Below, one piece after another: positions 16,758 through 25,519 of a DNA stretch of 35,893 bases. Within the stretch, counting starts at the first letter, position 1. The number at the start of each line of letters is the position of its first letter. A program made the translations under genes and the position numbers. Source of the DNA: Candidatus Limnocylindrales bacterium (GTDB taxonomy: Bacteria; Chloroflexota; Limnocylindria; Limnocylindrales; CSP1-4); NCBI GenBank assembly GCA_035629915.1, contig DASQLS010000253.1, positions 1-35,893 of the forward strand, read 5' to 3'. Under the pieces are notes generated by a model. The model made no database searches and was not told the DNA's origin. It worked only from the letters and a program-made list of their open reading frames with translations.

Positions 16758-16812
16758 GTGGTTCTCCAAATTGTGTTCGGGCAGCTGAGCCCGAATTGTG
16801 TGTTGATGCCGC

Positions 16813-17283
16813 CTACCAGGCGGCTGCCGGAACGCGGACCAGCGGGCAGCTCATGCGCGGGCCTGACTCGGCGAAGCCGACGGCCTCCCAGCGCGCGACG
16901 TCCGCGGCGTCGTCCGGAAGATTGCCTTCGAGGGCCACGCAACCTTTGTTGCGCGTCTGCCGCAGCAATTCCTGTAGCAGTGCCTCGAGAACGCCGTCGA
17001 GCTCGTTGCCGGGCTCGACAGCCGTGATGTCAACTGTACCGACCATTCCTCCGGCTGCGACCGAAGGCCGCAACGTGAGCGCTGCCGCACCTACGACCAT
17101 TCGGCCGTCGAGCGCCACGATCACAGAGGCATTGGGCAGGTACAGCATCTGGCGCAGAATGTCCGCGGCGTCGGTCAGCTGGTCGAGCGTCCATCGTGCA
17201 TCAGCCCGTTCCATCAAACCGATGACTCGGTCGATGTCGGTCAGGCGCGCGTCGCGGACCAGAATCTCCACGCTGGCTGTCAT
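16813..17283 (-). CDS. GNAT-fold (acetyltransferase-like) protein, weak assignment
   Basis: The length and pattern (ARLTDIDRV..., VVGAAALT.., VGTVDITAVEPG...GVLEALLQELLRQTRNKGCVAL.., WEAVGF) fit a GNAT fold, but the R/Q-x-x-G-x-G/A loop is not canonical. The start is taken at Met10 (cat at 17281-17283). Confidence 0.45.
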   Translation of the reverse strand: MTASVEILVRDARLTDIDRVIGLMERADARWTLDQLTDAADILRQMLYLPNASVIVALDGRMVVGAAALTLRPSVAAGGMVGTVDITAVEPGNELDGVLEALLQELLRQTRNKGCVALEGNLPDDAADVARWEAVGFAESGPRMSCPLVRVPAAAW

Positions 17284-17433
17284 CCCTCGTCGGTGCTCGG
17301 CAAACGTCACGACGTGTGCCGGAACGTCTCATCCAGCCGGTGAATCCGGGTTGCCGCCTGCGCACCGCAGCGGGCAGTCGGGGCATCACGTGTGATGCGT
17401 TCCGTCAAAGCGCGCCGGTGCGACGTACGTCTA

Positions 17434-17461
17434 TTGCAAATGAGACGCTGCTGGCTATGAT
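17434..17461 (+). promoter_or_regulatory. putative sigma-70-type promoter for the liv operon
   Basis: TTGCAA (17434-17439), a 16-nt spacer, then TATGAT (17456-17461). This would give a leader of about 200 nt before the ATG at 17670. Confidence 0.35.
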
Positions 17462-17669
17462 ACGGCATCGCGTCAGCCCGCTCTGCGGGTGATGTGGCGT
17501 CGCGTCCGAAAGGCGCGCACGCGGGTTCGAGTGGTGGCGCCGGTAACCGGTCACAACCGAGGCGCAACGCTCAAGGTCGCAGCCGCATCGCTGGACACAG
17601 CTGCCACGCGTGCACGGCGCCGGATGGGGCCGTGCATGAGGAGGAACCACTCGAGGAGGAAAAGTACAC

Positions 17670-19040
17670 ATGAAGCTACGTTTCATTGGGCTGCTCACGG
17701 CGATGATGCTCGTCGTGGTCGCCTGCGGCGGTGGCGGTGCCACAACGGCGCCCACCGGCACCGCGGCACCGTCGGGTTCGGCGGCGCCAACGGATGCCGC
17801 ACCGACCGATGCTGAGCCGACTGACGGCGAGCCGACTGACGGCGAGCCGACTGACGGCGAGCCGACCGATGGCGAGCCGACTGACGGCGGCGGCGATCTG
17901 GGAACGCGTGAGATCCCGGATGGCGAGCCGATTCACCTGGTCTTCTGGGGCGTTCTGAGCGGCGGCGACGCTTCGCTCGGCATCGACTCCCAGCGCGGTG
18001 TTGAGCTGGCAATCGCCGATCGGCCCGAGATCCTCGGCCATGAGGTCGAGCTGACCAGCGAAGACGGCCAGTGCACGCCGGAGGGTGGCAACACCGCCGC
18101 GACGCGCATCGCCGCCGACGTGACGGTTGTGGGCCTGATCGGCTCGAGCTGCTCCGACGAGACCGTCGGTGGCATCGAGGCGATCACCAACGCCGGCCTG
18201 ACCACCATCTCGCCGTCGAACACGCGCCCAGCGCTCACCGCCCCCGATCGCGACGCGACTTACGCGGGCTACCTGCGCACGGCGCACAACGACGAGTTCC
18301 AGGGCGCGAAGGCAGCCGAGTTCGTTTATGACTCGCTCGGCCTGACCACCGCCGCCACGATCCATGACGGCACCTCGTACGCTCAGGCTCTCCAGCAGGT
18401 GTTCGCCGACGCATTCACCGAGCTGGGCGGCACTATCACCATCCAGGAGGCGGTCGGCGCCGAGGACACGGACATGGGCCCGGTTCTCACCACCGTCGCC
18501 GAGACGGAGCCCCAGGCCATCTACTACCCCGTCTTCAGTGGCCCGTTCGGCTACATCACTGCTCAGGCCGCGGACACCCCCGGTCTTGAGGATGTGGCTC
18601 TCATCGCCGCTGACGGTTCGTTCAACGCCTCGGCCGTCGAGGCCGGTGGCCCGAACGCTGCGGGCGCATATCTCTCGAGCCCGGACAGCCGCCAGTTCCC
18701 TGGCGACTACGCGGGCTTCCTTGAGAAGCACACCGCTGCCTACAACGAGAACCCGCTGTCTGTCTTCCACGCTCACGCATACGACGCGACGAACATGATG
18801 CTCGACGCTATCGAGGCTGTTGCCGTGGAGAACGACGATGGCTCGCTGTCGATCCCGCTTGGCGCTCTGCGCGAGGCGATCTATGCGACCTCGGGTTTCC
18901 AGGGCATCACCGGCGAGCTCACCTGCAACGAGTTCGGTGATTGCGGCTCGCCGGCAATCGGCGTGTACGAGATCACCCAGGAGATCGTTGACGATCCCGC
19001 CGGTAACTGGCCGCCGCAGCCGATCTGGCCAGAGCTGTAA
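17670..19040 (+). CDS. branched-chain amino-acid ABC transporter substrate-binding lipoprotein (LivJ/LivK-like, type 1 PBP)
   Basis: A strong SD (GAGGAGGA) is present. The lipoprotein signal is LLTAMMLVVVAC. A repeat linker is followed by a Leu/Ile/Val-binding-protein-like body (GLIGSSCSDE, TISPSNT, YLRTA.ND..QG). Confidence 0.85.
   Translation: MKLRFIGLLTAMMLVVVACGGGGATTAPTGTAAPSGSAAPTDAAPTDAEPTDGEPTDGEPTDGEPTDGEPTDGGGDLGTREIPDGEPIHLVFWGVLSGGDASLGIDSQRGVELAIADRPEILGHEVELTSEDGQCTPEGGNTAATRIAADVTVVGLIGSSCSDETVGGIEAITNAGLTTISPSNTRPALTAPDRDATYAGYLRTAHNDEFQGAKAAEFVYDSLGLTTAATIHDGTSYAQALQQVFADAFTELGGTITIQEAVGAEDTDMGPVLTTVAETEPQAIYYPVFSGPFGYITAQAADTPGLEDVALIAADGSFNASAVEAGGPNAAGAYLSSPDSRQFPGDYAGFLEKHTAAYNENPLSVFHAHAYDATNMMLDAIEAVAVENDDGSLSIPLGALREAIYATSGFQGITGELTCNEFGDCGSPAIGVYEITQEIVDDPAGNWPPQPIWPEL
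17784..17888 (+). repeat. 15-nt tandem repeat (7 units, 4 identical among the last 5) encoding (A/E)PTD(A/G) linker
   Basis: gagccgactgacggc occurs at 17814, 17829, 17844 and 17874, with the variant gagccgaccgatggc at 17859. Two degenerate units lie at 17784 and 17799. The repeat is in frame within the lipoprotein linker. Confidence 0.9.
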
Positions 19041-19086
19041 GTTTGTAGCGACGCGCCTGACGAGCACGTCAGACGTTGAGCCAATG

Positions 19087-19123
19087 GCGAGCCGGGCGGG
19101 ACTTCCCTCCCGGCTCGCTTATT
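19087..19123 (+). terminator. intercistronic hairpin / partial terminator between SBP and permease genes
   Basis: gcgagccggg (19087-19096) pairs with cccggctcgc (19109-19118), followed by ttatt. Confidence 0.5.
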
Positions 19124-19153
19124 AGGTAGAGAGCAATCGAATTCGGAGGGGCA

Positions 19154-20230
19154 ATGAACCAGCGCTTAGTTGAGCGCTCTACCGACGTTGCCATCGCCGC
19201 TTTCCTGTGGACCTTCCGAATAGTCGTTATCGCCGTGGTCGTTATCGGCTCGGTGCTGACGATCGCGCAGGGTCAATACGACCTCAGCATCTGGATCCGC
19301 CTGATCGTTGACGGACTGACGCTGGGCAGCGTGTACGCCATGATCGCGCTGGGTTACACGATGGTTTACGGCATCCTGCGCATGATCAACTTCGCTCACG
19401 GCGAGGTGTTCATGGCCGGTGCGTTCACCGGCTACTTCACGGCGGTGGCACTCGACGACGCCGGACTGCTCAACGCAAGCCCGGTGATGTCCCTCCTGTC
19501 GATCGTGATCATGATGGGCGTTGCGGCGTTGGTCTCGACCCTGATCTCGTTGGCGATTGAGCGGGTCGCATACCGACCGCTGCGCAACGCGCCACGCCTG
19601 GTGCCACTCATCAGCGCGATCGGTGCATCGTTCTTCCTGCAGTACACGTTCCGCGGCCTATTCGGTTCGCGGATTTACTCGTATCCCAGCGTCACCTTCC
19701 TGAACGAAACCGTGGACCTTGGCATCGTCAGCATGAAGTGGGTCGAGATCCTGGTGATCGTGGCGGCCTTCGTGATGATGACCACGCTGTACATGTTCGT
19801 GATGCGAACTCGTACCGGGACCGCGATCCGCGCCGTTTCCGAGGATCAATCCACGGCCGCCCTGATGGGCATCGACGTAAACCGAGCCATCGTTACCACG
19901 TTCGCACTCGGCGCAGCCATGGCTGGCGCCGCCGGCGTGCTGTACGCGCTGCTCTTTCGGCAGGTCGACTTCTATGTCGGCTTCGTACCCGGCATCAAGG
20001 CATTCACTGCGGCCGTGCTGGGCGGAATCGGCAACGTCCCAGGTGCCATGCTCGGCGGCCTGTTCCTTGGTGAGATCGAATCAGTCGGCCCGACCCTCTT
20101 CTTCACCGGGCTGGGCGTTCCATCGGTTAACCAGCTCAAGGACGTGATCGCCTTCACGATGCTCGTCCTGGTGCTCGTCTTCAGGCCCCAGGGCATCCTC
20201 GGCGAACGTCTGGCAAGGCAACGCGCATGA
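19154..20230 (+). CDS. livH: branched-chain amino-acid ABC transporter permease
   Basis: LGSVYAMIALGYTMVYGILRMINFAHGEVFM and AVLGGIGN.PGA..GG are LivH signatures. The SD is GGAGGGG. Confidence 0.85.
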   Translation: MNQRLVERSTDVAIAAFLWTFRIVVIAVVVIGSVLTIAQGQYDLSIWIRLIVDGLTLGSVYAMIALGYTMVYGILRMINFAHGEVFMAGAFTGYFTAVALDDAGLLNASPVMSLLSIVIMMGVAALVSTLISLAIERVAYRPLRNAPRLVPLISAIGASFFLQYTFRGLFGSRIYSYPSVTFLNETVDLGIVSMKWVEILVIVAAFVMMTTLYMFVMRTRTGTAIRAVSEDQSTAALMGIDVNRAIVTTFALGAAMAGAAGVLYALLFRQVDFYVGFVPGIKAFTAAVLGGIGNVPGAMLGGLFLGEIESVGPTLFFTGLGVPSVNQLKDVIAFTMLVLVLVFRPQGILGERLARQRA

Positions 20231-22212
20231 GCGTGGCAACGGCCACCCTCCCCGTCGCGACCATGCCGCGCGCCTGGCGCAAGGTGCTCGGCGCGGGCGT
20301 GCGCGGAGCGGGCCTCGCGCTGTACCTGTGCCTCGTCGGCATCGTGCCCGAGTTCGAGGCGCGAACAATGATCGACGGCGTCCTCGCGCTGGGCGAGTCG
20401 TTCGTTCTGGGCACGATGCTGGTAATCGGATACATCGGGGCGCGGCACATGAGTGGCCGGCCGCTGATGACGATTGCCGCCGGGACAGTTGCCGGAGGCA
20501 TTACCGGGGCGTCGCTCAGCCTGCTCCTGCTGCTCGGCCCGGCGCTCGATCTCGGGTCGATCTTCCTTCACGTCAACACTCCGCTGTACAACGTGCTGAC
20601 GCTCGGCCGGGGGGTCGAATACTTTTGGATCCCAACCGTGGGCGGCCTCATAGTCGGTGCCATCGGTGGCGCGATCCGGACGTTGCCACGCCCGATTCAA
20701 CTGTCGATAGCCGCCGGCCTGCTGTCATTGGTAACCATCGGCCTTTTCGCCGGGCTGCTGCGCGTACCAATGCTGGCCAGCCCGTTCGCGTCGATCGCCC
20801 GCCTGCTGTTCACCTCGCAGGGCCTGACTCTCTTCGGGGCCGTGGTGACACTTTCAGCCGCCCTCGGCATCGGCATCGGCGGCGCAGTCTCCGTCCGGGT
20901 GGGCGGCGGTCGCCGATGGGGCTCGGTCCTGGGCCTGTCGCTGGGTCTGTTGGGCGCGCTGTTCGCCGGCATCTTTGCCGCCGACCTGGCGCCCGCTGAC
21001 GTTGAGCCAGAGAATGCCGCCGCCGTCGCAGCAATCTTGGGCGGCGCGCTGGGCATCGTTGCCGGTGGCCTGCTGGCTGCCGCGATCACACGCTGGGCCA
21101 CGCGCGCCCATGTCGAGCAGCGTTACTCCGAGCTGCCTTCGCAGACCAAACGCGTGGTGCGCGCGACTCCGCTGATCCCGCTGCTGATGCTGGTCGTCGT
21201 CCTGCCTTTCGCGTTCGGCCAGAACTTCGCGCAGGTCATCGTCCTGGTGGCGATCTACATCCTGATGGGCCTCGGGCTCAACATCACCCTTGGCCTTGCG
21301 GGCCTGCTGGACCTTGGCTTCGTCGCTTTTTTTGCCGTCGGCGCTTACACCATCGGGCTGCTTACCTCGACAAGCTCGTTCGGCATTGCCGACCTCAACT
21401 TCTGGACAGCGTTGCCCATCGCGGTCGGCGTTGCGTTCCTTTTTGGCATCTTCCTGGGCTTGCCCATCCTGGGCGTACGCGGCGACTACCTGGCGATCGC
21501 GACACTTGGCTTTGGCGAGATCATCAAGATTCTGGCGGTGTCGGACCTCTTGCGTCCGTGGCTTGGTGGACCGCAGGGCATCACCAATGTGCCCGAGCCG
21601 ATCCCGGTGCCGCCCGGACACCCGTTATCGGGCCCGACCCAGATCTACTACATCGTTCTGATCTTCGCGGCGCTGGTGGCGTTCATCTCCTACCGGCTGC
21701 GCGACTCGCGCATCGGCCGTGCGTGGGTTGCGATCCGCGAAGACGAGGACGTGGCCGAGGCAATCGGCATCCACCTCGTCCAGACCAAGCTGCTCGCTTA
21801 CGCGCTGGGTGCGGCCTTTGCCGGCCTCAGCGGCGCGATCTTCGCCTCGCTCGTCGGGGCCGTCTTCCCCACCAGCATCAACCTGCTCGTGTCGATCAAC
21901 GTTGTCGCACTGATCATCGTCGGCGGCATGGGCAGCATCCCCGGCGTCGTAGTCGGCGCGATCGTACTGATCGGGTTACCGGAGCTATTCCGCGAGTTCA
22001 ACGAGTATCGCTACCTCTTCTACGGAGCCGCCCTAATGGTCCTCATGCGGTTCCGGCCGGAGGGCCTCCTTCCGTCACGCTCGGTCAAGCGTGAGCTGCA
22101 CGTTGAAGAGAATGTCGAGCCGGCTGGCGTTGTCGCCGGCTCGTCAGTCGCTCAACTCGAGGCCGCGATCGACGACGATCTTGAGCCGGGCCCGTACCGG
22201 GAGACCGATTAG
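20227..22212 (+). CDS. livM: branched-chain amino-acid ABC transporter permease with ~320-aa extra N-terminal polytopic domain
   Basis: The C-terminal half (ILMGLGLNITLGLAGLLDLGFVAFFAVGAYT ... GDYLAIATLGFGEI ... GG..GI ... RIGRAW.AIREDE.VA...GI) is LivM. The first ~320 aa are additional TM helices. The start has an ATGA overlap with livH. Confidence 0.8.
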   Translation: MSVATATLPVATMPRAWRKVLGAGVRGAGLALYLCLVGIVPEFEARTMIDGVLALGESFVLGTMLVIGYIGARHMSGRPLMTIAAGTVAGGITGASLSLLLLLGPALDLGSIFLHVNTPLYNVLTLGRGVEYFWIPTVGGLIVGAIGGAIRTLPRPIQLSIAAGLLSLVTIGLFAGLLRVPMLASPFASIARLLFTSQGLTLFGAVVTLSAALGIGIGGAVSVRVGGGRRWGSVLGLSLGLLGALFAGIFAADLAPADVEPENAAAVAAILGGALGIVAGGLLAAAITRWATRAHVEQRYSELPSQTKRVVRATPLIPLLMLVVVLPFAFGQNFAQVIVLVAIYILMGLGLNITLGLAGLLDLGFVAFFAVGAYTIGLLTSTSSFGIADLNFWTALPIAVGVAFLFGIFLGLPILGVRGDYLAIATLGFGEIIKILAVSDLLRPWLGGPQGITNVPEPIPVPPGHPLSGPTQIYYIVLIFAALVAFISYRLRDSRIGRAWVAIREDEDVAEAIGIHLVQTKLLAYALGAAFAGLSGAIFASLVGAVFPTSINLLVSINVVALIIVGGMGSIPGVVVGAIVLIGLPELFREFNEYRYLFYGAALMVLMRFRPEGLLPSRSVKRELHVEENVEPAGVVAGSSVAQLEAAIDDDLEPGPYRETD

Positions 22213-23102
22213 ATGGCACTCCTCGAGGCAGTCGGCGCCACCAAGCGCTTCGGCGGCCTGGTTGCGGTCAACAATCTCGACTTCTCAATGGAGCCGAGCT
22301 CGATCGTCAGTGTCATCGGGCCGAATGGCGCCGGCAAGACGACGTTCTTCAACTGCATCGCCGGCTTCTACCGAATCGATACCGGAACCATCACCTTCGA
22401 TGGCACGCCGATCCACGCCCTGACACCGGACAAGATCTCGCACCTTGGCATCAGCCGGACGTATCAGAACATCCGGCTCTTTGGCAACATGACGGCGATC
22501 GAGAACGTCCTCGCTGGGCAGCACTCACACCTGCGTGCCGGCTGGGTGAGCTCCGTACTGCGAACCCGCGGCACAAGGCGCGAGGAGAGTGCGGCGCACG
22601 ATGAAGCGCGTCGGCTGCTGCGCTACGTCGGCCTTCAGGGCAAGGGCGACTTCCAGGCGAACAAGCTCGCTTACGGTGATCAGCGACGGCTCGAGGTTGC
22701 GCGCGCTCTGGCCAACAAGCCGCGTCTGCTCCTGCTCGATGAGCCGACGGCGGGCATGAACGAGGCTGAAAAGGGCGAGATGACTCGCCTCATTCAGCGC
22801 CTACGTGACGACCTGGGCCTGACGATCCTGCTCATCGAGCATGCCATGCGAGTGGTGATGGACATCTCAGAGCAGATCACGGTGCTCGACTACGGCGAGA
22901 AGATTGCCGAGGGCAAGCCGGCCGAGATCCGTGCCAACAAGCGCGTGATCGAGGCCTATCTGGGCAAGGGGGCCGCCGATGAGGCCGCGGCTGAAGGTGA
23001 GCTGGCCGAGATTCCGCCGGAGGAGCCAGGCGTGACCAGCGAATCGGTCACACCGGCCGAAGGGTCGGAGCCAGCTCCCGTGAGCGACGAGGAGAACGTC
23101 TG

Positions 23103-23103
<1 letters not shown>
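22213..23103 (+). CDS. livG: branched-chain amino-acid ABC transporter ATP-binding protein
   Basis: Walker A GPNGAGKTT, signature YGDQRRLEVARAL and Walker B LLLLDEPTAG, plus a ~45-aa acidic C-terminal tail. Confidence 0.88.
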
Positions 23104-23810
<707 letters not shown>

Positions 23811-23813
23811 CGG

Positions 23814-24608
23814 CTAGTCAGCGCCGGATGCGCCCGAGTCCAGGAATCGGCGCAGGAATCGTTGCGTGCGGGGATCCTGCGGAGAGTTGAGCAGCTGCTC
23901 CGGCGGACCTTCTTCGACGAGCGTCCCTTCGTCGATGAAGATGACGCGATCGGCCGCCTCGCGGGCGAAGTGCATCTCATGGGTCACGACGATCATCGTC
24001 GCTCCTTCATGAGCGAGGTCCTCCATGACCTTGAGCACCTCGCCGATCAGCTCGGGATCGAGAGCGCTCGTCGGCTCATCGAACATGAGGACCTCGGGCT
24101 CCATGCTCAGGGCGCGCGCAATGGCCGCCCGCTGCTTCTGGCCGCCTGAGAGGCGGGCGGGATGCTCGTCACGCTTGTCCATCAGGTGGACCTTGTTGAG
24201 GTACCGCTCCGCGATCTCGACCGCCTCGGCGCGCGACTTTCCCTTGACGCGCATCGGGGCCTCGATGCAGTTCTGGAGCACGGTCATGTGCGGGAACAGG
24301 TTGAAGTCCTGGAACACCATTCCGACGCGCATGCGCAGCTGGCGAATGTGCTCCTGATGGCGCCGCGATCTATCGTGGAGCGGGTCCGCCTCTACCTCGA
24401 TGTCGGCAATGCGGACAACGCCGGCCGTGGGCTCCTCAAGGAAGTTGAGGCAGCGAAGGAACGTGGACTTGCCGCTGCCAGAACGGCCGACGAGCATGAC
24501 CGTCTCGTGCCTGCGCAGCTCAAGATCGAGACCACGCACAACATGGTTGTAGCCGAAGTACTTCTCGATGCCGCGCGCGTTGAGCACCGGCTCGCCCAGC
24601 GACGGCAC
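23814..24608 (-). CDS. polar amino-acid ABC transporter ATP-binding protein (GlnQ/HisP-like)
   Basis: Walker A GRSGSGKST, FNLFPH.TVL.N, signature LSGGQKQRAAIARAL and Walker B VLMFDEPTSALDPE. Confidence 0.88.
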   Translation of the reverse strand: MPSLGEPVLNARGIEKYFGYNHVVRGLDLELRRHETVMLVGRSGSGKSTFLRCLNFLEEPTAGVVRIADIEVEADPLHDRSRRHQEHIRQLRMRVGMVFQDFNLFPHMTVLQNCIEAPMRVKGKSRAEAVEIAERYLNKVHLMDKRDEHPARLSGGQKQRAAIARALSMEPEVLMFDEPTSALDPELIGEVLKVMEDLAHEGATMIVVTHEMHFAREAADRVIFIDEGTLVEEGPPEQLLNSPQDPRTQRFLRRFLDSGASGAD

Positions 24609-25444
24609 TATCGATCCGCCCGCGCCATGCGTCGCTCGAGCCGCTCCTGGAAGAGCGTGAAGATGATGGTCAGAATCCAGTACACCAGCGCGGCGACCAG
24701 CAGCGCCTCGAAGATGCGCACATTGGGCCTGCCGGCCGCCTGTGCCCGCCAGAGCAGCTCACCGACGCCGATTACGAATACCAGCGAGCTGTCCTTGAGC
24801 ATGGCGATGAATTCATTGCCGATTGCCGGGGTGACGATGCGGAAGGCCTGGGGAATGACGATGCGCCAGAAGACGACGCGCTCGCGCATGCCGAGAGCGC
24901 GCGCGGCTTCACGCTGACCGCGCGGCACGGCCTGGATGCCGGCCCGAAAGACCTCGGTCATGTACGCGCCGTAGTTGAAGGCGAGCGCGGCAGTTCCGGC
25001 GACGATGCCGGGCAGGACCAGGCCAACCTCGGCCAGCGCGTAATAGGCGAAGAAGATCTGCACCAGCAGGGGCGTGCCGCGGACGAGTGAGACGTACAGC
25101 GACGCGGTGCCGTTGATCCACGGGTTGACCGACAGGCGACCCATAGCGCCGAAAATCGCGAGCACCACTGCGCCGACGATGGCGATGCCGGAGATCGCAA
25201 CTGTCGTTGCCGCACCGCCGAGGATGAACGGAAACCACTCAACGATGAAGTCGCCGTCCAGGCCGCGCCTTCCTCCGGCGAGCAGGTAGACGATGCCGAC
25301 GATCAGGATCAGCCAGGTGATCGCAAACTGCGCCCTGAATGTCAGCTGGCGTTGATGGCCAGATCTGATGATCTGATCGACTATCGGGTCGCGGCCGTCA
25401 GAAGCGCCTTGGCCTATGTCTGACGATGCGTGGCCGTAGGCCAT
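24608..25444 (-). CDS. polar amino-acid ABC transporter permease (HisM/GlnP-like)
   Basis: TPLLVQIFF.YY and the EAA-loop-like GQREAARALGM....F..IV.PQA.R...P...NEFI..LKDSSL. Confidence 0.85.
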   Translation of the reverse strand: MAYGHASSDIGQGASDGRDPIVDQIIRSGHQRQLTFRAQFAITWLILIVGIVYLLAGGRRGLDGDFIVEWFPFILGGAATTVAISGIAIVGAVVLAIFGAMGRLSVNPWINGTASLYVSLVRGTPLLVQIFFAYYALAEVGLVLPGIVAGTAALAFNYGAYMTEVFRAGIQAVPRGQREAARALGMRERVVFWRIVIPQAFRIVTPAIGNEFIAMLKDSSLVFVIGVGELLWRAQAAGRPNVRIFEALLVAALVYWILTIIFTLFQERLERRMARADR

Positions 25445-25466
25445 TCGTGCTCCGAACTAGAAAGCA

Positions 25467-25497
25467 ATGGGCCGACCGGTTTGGCCGGTCGGCCCAT
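25467..25497 (-). terminator. intercistronic hairpin / partial terminator between SBP and permease genes
   Basis: A 13-bp perfect stem, atgggccgaccgg / ccggtcggcccat (25467-25479 / 25485-25497). On the minus strand it is followed by ttgctttct. Confidence 0.45.
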
Positions 25498-25519
25498 CAT
25501 TGTGGCTAGATCGCTCCGA

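Noticed and set aside
17523-17532. tRNA T-loop-like string gggttcgagt in the liv leader.
   Set aside because: The flanking sequence cannot form a T-stem, acceptor stem or anticodon arm, so the match to GGTTCGA is coincidental.
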